A stretch of 61,141 bases of DNA from Actinomycetota bacterium (GCA_005786885.1 SYCR01000039.1:1-61141), one strand, 5' to 3'. Positions 20,845 to 28,543 are shown, counted from the first letter of the stretch. A program made the numbers and translations. The notes: generated from the letters alone by a model not told the origin.

Positions 20845-21621
20845 TTAAGGCAGTGGAATCAAGGTATTGGCAAAAATCTGCCAAGCAAGCGCTGATTTCG
20901 CAATTAATGAGAGCGTTATATAAGTGCGTTCTCCACGCAAGTAATTACTCCACTTGCCTACTTTTTTGTATTGCACCCATTGCACTAAAGCAAAAGAGTT
21001 GAAGAATACAAAAATGGTGAAGACAATTCCATAGACAAATGCTGGGGCTGAAGTATCACTAACACCGCCAATTGAAAGCACATAAAACGCAAGTGCTATC
21101 CAAGGAACAATTCCAGTTATGCAACCAAAAATAAATGGCAACCATCCACCATTTCCTGGTGTCTCATATTTTTCTTGCAACCAGCCAAACAAAATCATCG
21201 AAGCATTTACGCCGAAGATTGAGATTAGTGCAGTTACATCTGCGATGCCAGTCACTTGAGCGATCAACACGATCATCACCGAAGAGCTGATTGAGTATTC
21301 AACCCATCTGAAATAATTTCGTTGAGCTGACAATCCTGCGCTGTAGCGAGGAAAAAATTGTGGGCTAGCCACAATAAAATGGAAGAGCGCAGAAAGTCCT
21401 AAAAAGAGCGCAACGGCTAATCCGATCGGCGTGCTAAAAAGAATTACTGATGGAGCAAATGAGGAACCTGGGGGACCGGCCATGTAAGTGGCAGTTACTG
21501 GCAATGCAAAATCACTGCTTAATGCCAAGACTGCGACCATCTGCAGTAAGTGCAAAATTCCAGCAAAGATATTTACTTTGCGAAGTCGGGCCATAGTCAG
21601 GTCAGTTAGGTCTTTGCTCAT
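20845..21621 (-). CDS. heliorhodopsin
   Basis: 258 aa and 7 TM. Long stretches match the prototype actinobacterial heliorhodopsin as I recall it: HLLQM.AVLAL, GPPG, GLAVALFLGLSALFHFIV, FRWVEYS.SSSVMIVLIAQ (counterion Glu), NASMILFGWLQEKY, FNSFALVQ, KWSNYLRGER, and SL.AKSALAWQIF (Schiff-base Lys). Confidence 0.93.
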   Translation of the reverse strand: MSKDLTDLTMARLRKVNIFAGILHLLQMVAVLALSSDFALPVTATYMAGPPGSSFAPSVILFSTPIGLAVALFLGLSALFHFIVASPQFFPRYSAGLSAQRNYFRWVEYSISSSVMIVLIAQVTGIADVTALISIFGVNASMILFGWLQEKYETPGNGGWLPFIFGCITGIVPWIALAFYVLSIGGVSDTSAPAFVYGIVFTIFVFFNSFALVQWVQYKKVGKWSNYLRGERTYITLSLIAKSALAWQIFANTLIPLP

Positions 21622-21672
21622 AAATTAAAAATACCTCAGATCTCAAGGTAAATTGATAAATCCGTCGTTACG

Positions 21673-21745
21673 TGCCTCGAGTCGGATTTGAACCGACACT
21701 ATGCAGTGTTTGAGACTGCCCTCTCTACCGTTGGAGTACCGAGGC
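21673..21745 (-). tRNA. 73-nt tRNA with anticodon CAA (Leu by anticodon) in my manual fold, but class I with a 5-nt variable loop
   Basis: Minus-strand read: GCCTCGG-TA-CTCC-AACGGTAG-AGAG-G-GCAGT-CTCAAAC-ACTGC-ATAGT-GTCGG-TTCAAAT-CCGAC-TCGAGGC-A. The acceptor stem is 7 bp with one G-U. The T-loop is canonical, with U33 and A37 in place and an A73 discriminator. CCA is not encoded. Confidence 0.75.
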
Positions 21746-21795
21746 CGGTAGTGCAATTTCAAATCTTATCGGGGTTGAGTGAGTACCCTTAGCAA

Positions 21796-22401
21796 GTGGC
21801 AAATTCACCCAATACCGATCAGGTGGCTCCAAGAATTATCGTCGCTGAAGATGAGGCGATCATTCGGATGGACCTAATTGAGATGTTGCGCGAGGCTGGA
21901 TATAACGTCATTGGTGAGGCCGTAAATGGTCGCGAGGCGATCTCATTAGCCCGACATTTAAAACCAGATTTGGCGATTTTGGATGTGAAAATGCCTGAGG
22001 TCGATGGCATTTCAGCGGCCGAAGTAATCGTCAGTGAGAAATTGGCGGCGGTATTGATGCTTACCGCCTTTAGCCAGCGAGAGTTAGTTGAGCGGGCCCG
22101 AGATGCTGGGGCAATGGCATACCTAGTTAAGCCATTTTCGATTAGCGATCTGACTCCAGCCATTGAGATGGCCCTGGGCAGATACGCCCAGATTCAGGCC
22201 CTGGAGGCCGAGGTGGGCGAGCTTGGGGAGAGATTGGAAGCCCGAAAGTTGGTGGATCGGGCCAAAGGAGTTTTGATGGCCAATTTGGGGATCAGCGAGC
22301 CAGAGGCATTTAAATGGATCCAAAAGGCCGCAATGGATCAGCGCACCTCAATGAGCGTGGTGAGCGAAGGCGTCCTGGCTCATTATCAGTCGGAGAGTTG
22401 A
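21796..22401 (+). CDS. pdtaR: ANTAR-domain response regulator (PdtaR-like)
   Basis: 201 aa with a GTG start. The receiver domain (IIVAEDEAIIRMDL, DLAILDVKMP) and ANTAR domain (RKLVDRAKGVLM..., AFKWIQKAAMDQR) are near-collinear with mycobacterial PdtaR as I recall it. Confidence 0.9.
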   Translation: MANSPNTDQVAPRIIVAEDEAIIRMDLIEMLREAGYNVIGEAVNGREAISLARHLKPDLAILDVKMPEVDGISAAEVIVSEKLAAVLMLTAFSQRELVERARDAGAMAYLVKPFSISDLTPAIEMALGRYAQIQALEAEVGELGERLEARKLVDRAKGVLMANLGISEPEAFKWIQKAAMDQRTSMSVVSEGVLAHYQSES

Positions 22402-22531
22402 CAGCCATTTAATCTATTTTTTTCGCTATTCGGGGTGTTGAAATCGCGCAACTGCTGGCATACTCACACCGTCAAAACGCTTATCTCGAGGGTCTAAATC
22501 GAGAAAGCTGACAATATCCGAAAGGGAAATA

Positions 22532-23767
22532 ATGCAAATTTCAAAGAAACTTAAGGTTGTTGCTGCATTCGCGGTTGCAGGCTTGGTCTTTGCTGGTTGC
22601 TCAAGCTCCGATTCAGACGAAAGCGGTGCTGGACCATTAAAGATCGGCTCACTACTTCCAGAGACCGGTAACCTCGCATTTCTCGGACCTCCTGAGTTTG
22701 CAGGCATTGACTTAGCTGTTGCTGAAATCAACGAAGCAGGTGGCGTACTTGGACAACCAATCGAGCACATTCGTGGCGATTCTGGAGATACAAGTACTGA
22801 CATTGCACAACAGACGACTGATTCACATATCGCAGCAGGAGTAGGCGCGATTGTTGGTGCTGCATCTTCAGGTGTGTCACTAACAGTTATCGATAAAATC
22901 TCAGGTGCTGGCATTGTTCACTTCTCACCAGCTAATACCTCCCCAGATTTGACCAGCTATGCAGACAATGGCTTCTACTTCCGTAGCGCTCCTTCAGATA
23001 CATTCCAAGGTGCAGTTCTCGGACAGTTGATGGCGGCAAACGGCGCAAAGAACGCTGTGTTCCTAAACCTTGATGATGCATACGGAAACGGTCTAGCTAA
23101 GTACGGTATTGCTGGATTCACCGGAACCTCAACGCAGGTTGTTTACAACCCACAAGCTGCTGAGTTTTCTGCTGATGTTTCCAAGGCAAAGGCTGCAAAT
23201 CCAGATGCAATTGCAATCATTGGATTTGATGAGACCACAAAAGTGCTTACTGAATTGATCAAGCAGGGTATTGGACCAGACAAGGTTAAGACCTACCTTG
23301 TTGATGGAAACCTTTCATCAGGTGCTTACAAGGATCTTCCAAAGGACATCATGAAGGGCGTCAAGGCAACACTTCCTGGCGTATTCACAAATGATGAATT
23401 AAAGCAGCGCCTACTAGGTGTCGATCCTGCATTGACCGACTTCTCATACGCACCAGAGTCATATGACGCTGTAGTGCTAATTGCGCTCGCCGCTGAGCAG
23501 GGCAAGGGAACTGATGGAACAACCATTAGAGACAACCTCGCATCTGTTTCATCCGGTGGAACAAAGTGCACCACATTTGCAGAGTGCAAAGCGTTGATCG
23601 CTGAAGGTACCGATATCGATTACGACGGAGTTTCTGGCGCAATCGAATTCGATGCTAACGGAGATCCATCTGTAGCCACCATGGGTGTCTATGAGTACGT
23701 AGCAAATGACAAGTACGAAGCCCGTGCTGCTGAATTCATCACAGGCGCAGTACCTGCAGCTGAATAA
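22532..23767 (+). CDS. ABC transporter substrate-binding lipoprotein, branched-chain amino acid (LivJ/Peripla_BP_6) type
   Basis: 411 aa with a lipobox (LVFAGCSS) and GSLLP.TG..A..G and FRSAPSD motifs typical of Liv-type binding proteins. Confidence 0.85.
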   Translation: MQISKKLKVVAAFAVAGLVFAGCSSSDSDESGAGPLKIGSLLPETGNLAFLGPPEFAGIDLAVAEINEAGGVLGQPIEHIRGDSGDTSTDIAQQTTDSHIAAGVGAIVGAASSGVSLTVIDKISGAGIVHFSPANTSPDLTSYADNGFYFRSAPSDTFQGAVLGQLMAANGAKNAVFLNLDDAYGNGLAKYGIAGFTGTSTQVVYNPQAAEFSADVSKAKAANPDAIAIIGFDETTKVLTELIKQGIGPDKVKTYLVDGNLSSGAYKDLPKDIMKGVKATLPGVFTNDELKQRLLGVDPALTDFSYAPESYDAVVLIALAAEQGKGTDGTTIRDNLASVSSGGTKCTTFAECKALIAEGTDIDYDGVSGAIEFDANGDPSVATMGVYEYVANDKYEARAAEFITGAVPAAE

Positions 23768-23810
23768 TAAATCAAGTTAGGTCGTATTTACTGAAATAGT
23801 AAGTACGCGA

Positions 23811-23850
23811 GAAAGAGCCCCGCTTAACGGTGGGGCTCTTTCTTATTTCT
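23811..23850 (+). terminator. intrinsic terminator after the binding-protein gene
   Basis: GC-rich hairpin GAAAGAGCCCCG-cttaac-GGTGGGGCTCTTTC followed by a T-rich run (TTATTTCTT), starting 44 nt after the stop codon. Confidence 0.7.
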
Positions 23851-23899
23851 TAAGTAAATATTTATACTTACGCTGATTTTATAGGACGGAGAAATTTTC

Positions 23900-24568
23900 A
23901 TGGAGCACAACCAAGAGCATGCTGGTCATGAGTATTTCTCTCAACTTTATGGCGCCACTTCAGCAGAGGGTGATCCACAACAAACTATTTTTGATAAATG
24001 GCGTGACAAAATGCTGGTTAATGCATTCCGAAAATACAGCAAACACAACTTAACAACTTCAGATGTTCTTGATGTTGGCTGTGGTTATGGATGGTTATTA
24101 GATGCATTTGATGGAGCGAAGAGTTTATGTGGAGTAGATATAGCGCATCACGCGGTTGAAGTCGCTGCAAATCGAAAACCGGAGAGATTTTTTAAGCAAG
24201 GGGATTTGCATGACCCAAGTCCATTTGCGCAAAAGTTTGATTTGATTTTGGCGATTAACATCATTGAACACCTTAGTAATCCAGTTGCTGGTATTGAATC
24301 AATCAAAAATGCTGCAAAGCCTGGTGCGATTGTTTTGGTGCATATGCCAACAATTAGCAACTGGCTGACAAAATGGGAATACTCAAAACTTTATGATTCA
24401 GATCCCACCCACATTTATCGACCTTCTGGGAAAACAGTGCGCAAATTATTTGAAGCGAATGGCTTTGAAACCTTGCGAGATTCGTACTTGCCGCACTTTC
24501 CAGCATTCCTAACCAAGATTTGGCCGATTCACCCGGCTTACTTAGCGGTATTCAAACGCAGTAATTAG
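23900..24568 (+). CDS. class I SAM-dependent methyltransferase
   Basis: 222 aa with SAM motif I (VLDVGCGYGWLL) and post-I/II motifs (FDLILAINIIEHL). Confidence 0.8.
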   Translation: MEHNQEHAGHEYFSQLYGATSAEGDPQQTIFDKWRDKMLVNAFRKYSKHNLTTSDVLDVGCGYGWLLDAFDGAKSLCGVDIAHHAVEVAANRKPERFFKQGDLHDPSPFAQKFDLILAINIIEHLSNPVAGIESIKNAAKPGAIVLVHMPTISNWLTKWEYSKLYDSDPTHIYRPSGKTVRKLFEANGFETLRDSYLPHFPAFLTKIWPIHPAYLAVFKRSN

Positions 24569-24570
24569 AT

Positions 24571-25320
24571 TTAAGCGTTTGCTGCGAGCGTTCCTAAGTA
24601 CAACTCAATTACTTTCGGATCGTTAGCAAGTGATTTTCCGGTTCCAGTGTAAGCATTTCTACCTTGGTCCAAGACATATCCGCGATCAACAATTTGTAAA
24701 CAACGACGGGCATTTTGTTCAACCATAATTACTGTCACTCCAGTGCGATTAATTTCGCGCACTCTTACAAATACTTCATCTTGCAAAGCGGGCGATAGGC
24801 CCGCACTTGGTTCATCAAGGAGCAAAACTGAAGGATTCATCATTAACGCCCGCCCCATAGCAACCATTTGGCGTTCACCACCAGAGAGGGAGCCGGCTCT
24901 TTGTTTGCGACGAACACCCAGGGTTGGAAAAAGGGAGGTTACAAAATCAAAACGTTCAGTAAATTTGTCAGCGGCTTGGTAAGCGCCCATTTGTAGGTTT
25001 TCTTCAATTGTGAGAGATGGGAAAACATTATTTGTTTGTGGCACGAAACCGATTCCCTTATTAACTAGCTCATCAGCGCGCTTATTTGTGATCTCTTCTC
25101 CACGCAATTTCACAAAACCATCTCTTACTTTGACCAGACCAAATAGCGCTTTTAGCAAGGTAGATTTTCCGGCGCCATTTGGGCCAATTATTCCGACAAG
25201 CTCACCTTCATTTGCATAGAGATCGCACCCATTAAGAATGTTAATGCCAGGAAGATATCCGGCGATTATCCCGCCGGCTTCAAGCAATAGATCATCACCG
25301 GCTAATTTTGTAGGTTCCAT
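24571..25320 (-). CDS. livF: branched-chain amino acid ABC transporter ATP-binding protein (LivF type)
   Basis: Walker A GPNGAGKST, signature LSGGERQ, Walker B LLLDEPS. I trimmed the start to the ATG (MEPTKLAG..) 4 nt after the livG stop. The longer track ORF overlaps livG. Confidence 0.9.
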   Translation of the reverse strand: MEPTKLAGDDLLLEAGGIIAGYLPGINILNGCDLYANEGELVGIIGPNGAGKSTLLKALFGLVKVRDGFVKLRGEEITNKRADELVNKGIGFVPQTNNVFPSLTIEENLQMGAYQAADKFTERFDFVTSLFPTLGVRRKQRAGSLSGGERQMVAMGRALMMNPSVLLLDEPSAGLSPALQDEVFVRVREINRTGVTVIMVEQNARRCLQIVDRGYVLDQGRNAYTGTGKSLANDPKVIELYLGTLAANA

Positions 25321-25324
25321 TTGA

Positions 25325-26227
25325 TTACCCTCGATCCTGTTCAAGAGTAGAGTCATGATGCGCACCAAGGTAAGCGTCAATAACAGCCTTATCGCGCATG
25401 ACGACATTTGGCGGACCTTCAGCAACAATTTCACCTTGAGCCATCACGATTACCCAATCGCTTATGTCACGCACCATATCCATGTCGTGCTCAACAAATA
25501 AAACTGTCATGCCTTCTTCTCTTAAATCCTTAATATGTCCAAGAAGTGATTGCTTAAGAGCTGGGTTCACACCTGCCATTGGTTCATCAAGCATCACCAA
25601 CTCTGGTTCAACCATCAAGGCTCTGGCCATTTCAAGAAGTTTGCGTTGACCACCAGAAAGAGCGGCTGCGAAATCATCACGCTTATCTATTAATTTAAAT
25701 CTTGTTAACAACTCTTCACTTCTTGCAGTTGCCGCCTTCTCCTGCGCATTCCAGAGAAATGGAAGTGCAGCTCGCAAAATAGATTCACCTTTTTGTTTTG
25801 TAGCGGCAAGTAGCATGTTGTCAATTACAGTTAAGCGGTAAAGAGCCTTTGTTAATTGAAAAGTTCGGACCATTCCCATGCGTGCCACTTTGTGTGGTGG
25901 AGTGCCGGAAATTTTGATTCCATTAAAAGTCCATGAACCTTCATCTACTTGGTCAAAGCCGGTCAATAAATTAAAGAATGTAGTTTTTCCAGCACCATTA
26001 GGTCCAATGAGCGCAGTGATCGCACCCCTTTGGATTTCAAGGTGGCCAACATTTACTGCAGTTAAACCGCCAAATTTTCGGACAACATTGTCAGCAACGA
26101 TTATCGGGTCAGGCTTGCATACTCCAGGAGTAGGTGTAAGCCCAGCAAGAGCAGCTAAAGCAATATCTCGACGTGAATTACTTTGACTAGGCGCGGGCAT
26201 CAAGAGCCAACTCCTTTCGGTCACCAA
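25325..26227 (-). CDS. livG: branched-chain amino acid ABC transporter ATP-binding protein (LivG type)
   Basis: Walker A GPNGAGKTT, signature LSGGQRK, Walker B VMLDEPMAG. The true start may be the internal Met (MPAPSQ..) nine codons downstream. Confidence 0.9.
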   Translation of the reverse strand: MVTERSWLLMPAPSQSNSRRDIALAALAGLTPTPGVCKPDPIIVADNVVRKFGGLTAVNVGHLEIQRGAITALIGPNGAGKTTFFNLLTGFDQVDEGSWTFNGIKISGTPPHKVARMGMVRTFQLTKALYRLTVIDNMLLAATKQKGESILRAALPFLWNAQEKAATARSEELLTRFKLIDKRDDFAAALSGGQRKLLEMARALMVEPELVMLDEPMAGVNPALKQSLLGHIKDLREEGMTVLFVEHDMDMVRDISDWVIVMAQGEIVAEGPPNVVMRDKAVIDAYLGAHHDSTLEQDRG

Positions 26228-27182
26228 AAATTCCTTGCGGTCTAAAGATCATCAACAGCATCAATCCAAGACCGACTAACATGAAGCGGATCTGTCCTAC
26301 TTGATTAACTCCAATGAGCCATTCAGGGATGTACCCAGCGCCGACAGCTTCGCGCAACATCTGCTCTATAAAGACGAGTAAAAACCAAAAGATAATTGAG
26401 CCGGCAATTGGCGCAAAGACTCGAGCCGCCCCTCCAAGAATTAAGACGGTGTAGGCAAAGAAGGTAAGTGCAGTTCCGTAATTATCAGGTTGAACAGATT
26501 GACGAGAGAGGGCATAAACAAAACCTGCAAAGGAGCCAACAATCCCACCAATAATTAGAGATTGCATTTTGTATAGGTAAACATTTTTACCAAGAGATCG
26601 AACTGCTTCTTCATCTTCGCGTATAGCTTTCAGTACCCGTCCCCATGGAGAGCGAACCAGAAGCCACATCACAAAAAGAACAACGAAAACTAAAGCCCAT
26701 CCGGTAACAACAACCCAGAGATCATTGCCGTTGTAACGCAGGAATGGAGTGTCTAATCCATCTTTAAAGGGATTCAGATCAAAAAAATCTTTTCCAAACT
26801 TTCCAGTAATTCCATCTGAACCACCGAGATATTTGTTAAAGGTAGCCGAGCGCGCAATCTGTCGAATAATCTCAGCAGCGGCGATGGTGACAATTGCTAA
26901 GTAATCCGCACGCAATCTTAAAGTTGGCAAACCAAGAAGTAGAGCAAGGATTATTGAGTTAAATATGCCAGCTAATAGAGCAGCCCAAAGTGGAAAATTA
27001 AATGAAACCACAAGTGTGGCTACGCTATAAGCACCGACCGCTAAAAACCCAGCCTGGCCAAAGTTAAGCAACCCTGTGTATCCAAAATGTATATTCAAAC
27101 CAATTGCTGCAAGTGCAAAAATGATTGTGTTAACTCCAAGAGCGGCACTAATTGATTGCTGTGCGATAAATATAAAATCCAT
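26187..27182 (-). CDS. livM: branched-chain amino acid ABC transporter permease (LivM type)
   Basis: 331 aa polytopic protein with LivM-like motifs (GYTGLLNFGQAGF, LRLRADYLAIVT). Confidence 0.9.
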   Translation of the reverse strand: MDFIFIAQQSISAALGVNTIIFALAAIGLNIHFGYTGLLNFGQAGFLAVGAYSVATLVVSFNFPLWAALLAGIFNSIILALLLGLPTLRLRADYLAIVTIAAAEIIRQIARSATFNKYLGGSDGITGKFGKDFFDLNPFKDGLDTPFLRYNGNDLWVVVTGWALVFVVLFVMWLLVRSPWGRVLKAIREDEEAVRSLGKNVYLYKMQSLIIGGIVGSFAGFVYALSRQSVQPDNYGTALTFFAYTVLILGGAARVFAPIAGSIIFWFLLVFIEQMLREAVGAGYIPEWLIGVNQVGQIRFMLVGLGLMLLMIFRPQGIFGDRKELALDARA

Positions 27183-28471
27183 TAGCCAACCCGTTCTTTC
27201 CTGCCGAGGATGCCTTGTGGGCGTACTAATAAAATTATGATCAAAATGAACAAAGCACCAACGTATTTAAGTTCTGTTGGAATAATTAAAGTCGAAAGCT
27301 GAATCAAAACACCGATGACCAACGAACCAACTAATGCTCCATAGGCGGTCCCTAAACCACCAAGAGTTACAGCTGCAAAAATCAACAACAACATATCTTG
27401 TCCCATTAAGAAACTAACGCCCTGATTTAGAGTGACCATAATTCCGGCAAAGGCTGCTAAGAACGCTCCCATAATCCAAACTGATCTGATTACAGACTCC
27501 ACTTCGATTCCGGATGCAGCTGCAAGTGCTGGATTATCTGCAACCGCACGACTGGCTTTACCCATTTTGCTACGCAACAACCAAAGAGTGGCACCAACTA
27601 ACAGAAGTAAGCCGATAGATGTGCTCATCATTGCTTTAGGGGTAATGCTGACCAACCCAATTTCAATTCCTGCTTGTCCGGCAAATTGCGGCAACTGCCT
27701 AGTGTCTCCACTAAATATAAATAAGAAAACGTATCGAATAAAAATTGCTAAACCGATTGATACAACGAGCATTGCGATCAATCCGGTACCACGTTTGCGC
27801 AAAGGTTTCCACAGCAAGCGATCTTGCAGGTAGCCCCCTATAAAAGCAGAAACAGCAAGTGCAACAGGAATCGCGGCAAAAACTGGCAAGCCCACAATTG
27901 CGCTAAAGAAATAAGTGAGTAATCCGCCAAGAGTTAAAAGTTCACCATGTGCAAAATTTGTTAATCCGGTTGTGCCAAATACTAGATTTAAACCAAGTGC
28001 AGCCAGAGCAATAATGATGCCAAGAATTAATCCGTCGGCGAGTAATTGCGCTGATTGATCAAGGATCGAAGTTCTTTCGACTCCTGGCCCAATCGGAAAC
28101 AAAACAGTGAGAGTGCTACCCAGCATGAATACATTTATTTTGCGAGTAGCCTTTGTTGTATCGGTTAATGCTTGTCCACTTGGAAGCGACGATTGATCAA
28201 GAGTTACGTCATAGATGCCAGTCGAGGTAACTTCGATTTGCCATTTACCCATAGCATCCGAGGTAAGTTGAGTTGCGAAGCCATTTGGGCCAGTCAGATC
28301 AATCCGCACACCTGACAAGGGATTTGAAGTTGAATCTTTAATCTCTCCGACAAGGATTGAGGATGTGCCTGCCGCAAGTGCTGACCCTGAAGTTGAAAAT
28401 GAAGTAATTAGGAAGAAGGTAGCCAATGCCAGTGCAATCTTGTGCACCAATTTAGCCTTTCCTATATTCAT
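27182..28471 (-). CDS. livH: branched-chain amino acid ABC transporter permease (LivH type) with an N-terminal signal peptide and an extracytoplasmic domain of about 100 aa
   Basis: The C-terminal ~300 aa form the LivH core (GLNLVFGTTGLTNFAHGE). The N-terminal ~130 aa comprise a signal-like segment and a beta-rich region (SGVRIDLTGPNGF...GKWQIEVTSTGIYDVTLD) reminiscent of carboxypeptidase-regulatory or Cna-B-like folds. Confidence 0.85.
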   Translation of the reverse strand: MNIGKAKLVHKIALALATFFLITSFSTSGSALAAGTSSILVGEIKDSTSNPLSGVRIDLTGPNGFATQLTSDAMGKWQIEVTSTGIYDVTLDQSSLPSGQALTDTTKATRKINVFMLGSTLTVLFPIGPGVERTSILDQSAQLLADGLILGIIIALAALGLNLVFGTTGLTNFAHGELLTLGGLLTYFFSAIVGLPVFAAIPVALAVSAFIGGYLQDRLLWKPLRKRGTGLIAMLVVSIGLAIFIRYVFLFIFSGDTRQLPQFAGQAGIEIGLVSITPKAMMSTSIGLLLLVGATLWLLRSKMGKASRAVADNPALAAASGIEVESVIRSVWIMGAFLAAFAGIMVTLNQGVSFLMGQDMLLLIFAAVTLGGLGTAYGALVGSLVIGVLIQLSTLIIPTELKYVGALFILIIILLVRPQGILGRKERVG

Positions 28472-28543
28472 TCTTGATGTGCTCGTTTCCCTTAAGTTGA
28501 ACGGTAGCGTACACAGAGAAGGCCAAGATAGAACTGCTTAATT

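Noticed and set aside
16767-21745. Idea that the secreted protein/SDR/photolyase/heliorhodopsin block is a tRNA-integrated genomic island
   Set aside because: There is no integrase or recombinase. I could find no copy of the tRNA 3' end as a direct repeat at the pyk-side boundaries. There is no obvious compositional break by eye. Adjacency to a tRNA alone is insufficient.
22402-22531. Possible ANTAR dual-hairpin target or riboswitch in the leader of the Liv binding-protein gene
   Set aside because: I found only a 6-bp stem with a 9-nt loop (TCTCGA...TCGAGA) and weak 4-bp stems. There is no pair of hexaloop hairpins and no terminator/antiterminator alternative. A covariance search would be needed to say more.
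22426-22914. 162-aa minus-strand ORF covering the leader and 5' part of the Liv binding-protein gene
   Set aside because: It is antisense to a lipoprotein gene with a clear lipobox and binding-protein motifs. Its composition is Ala/Pro/Ser-rich and it resembles no known family.
25321-25434. 38-codon N-terminal extension of the livF ORF, which overlaps livG
   Set aside because: An internal ATG 4 nt after the livG stop yields a standard-length LivF. The extension overlaps the conserved C-terminus of LivG in another frame.
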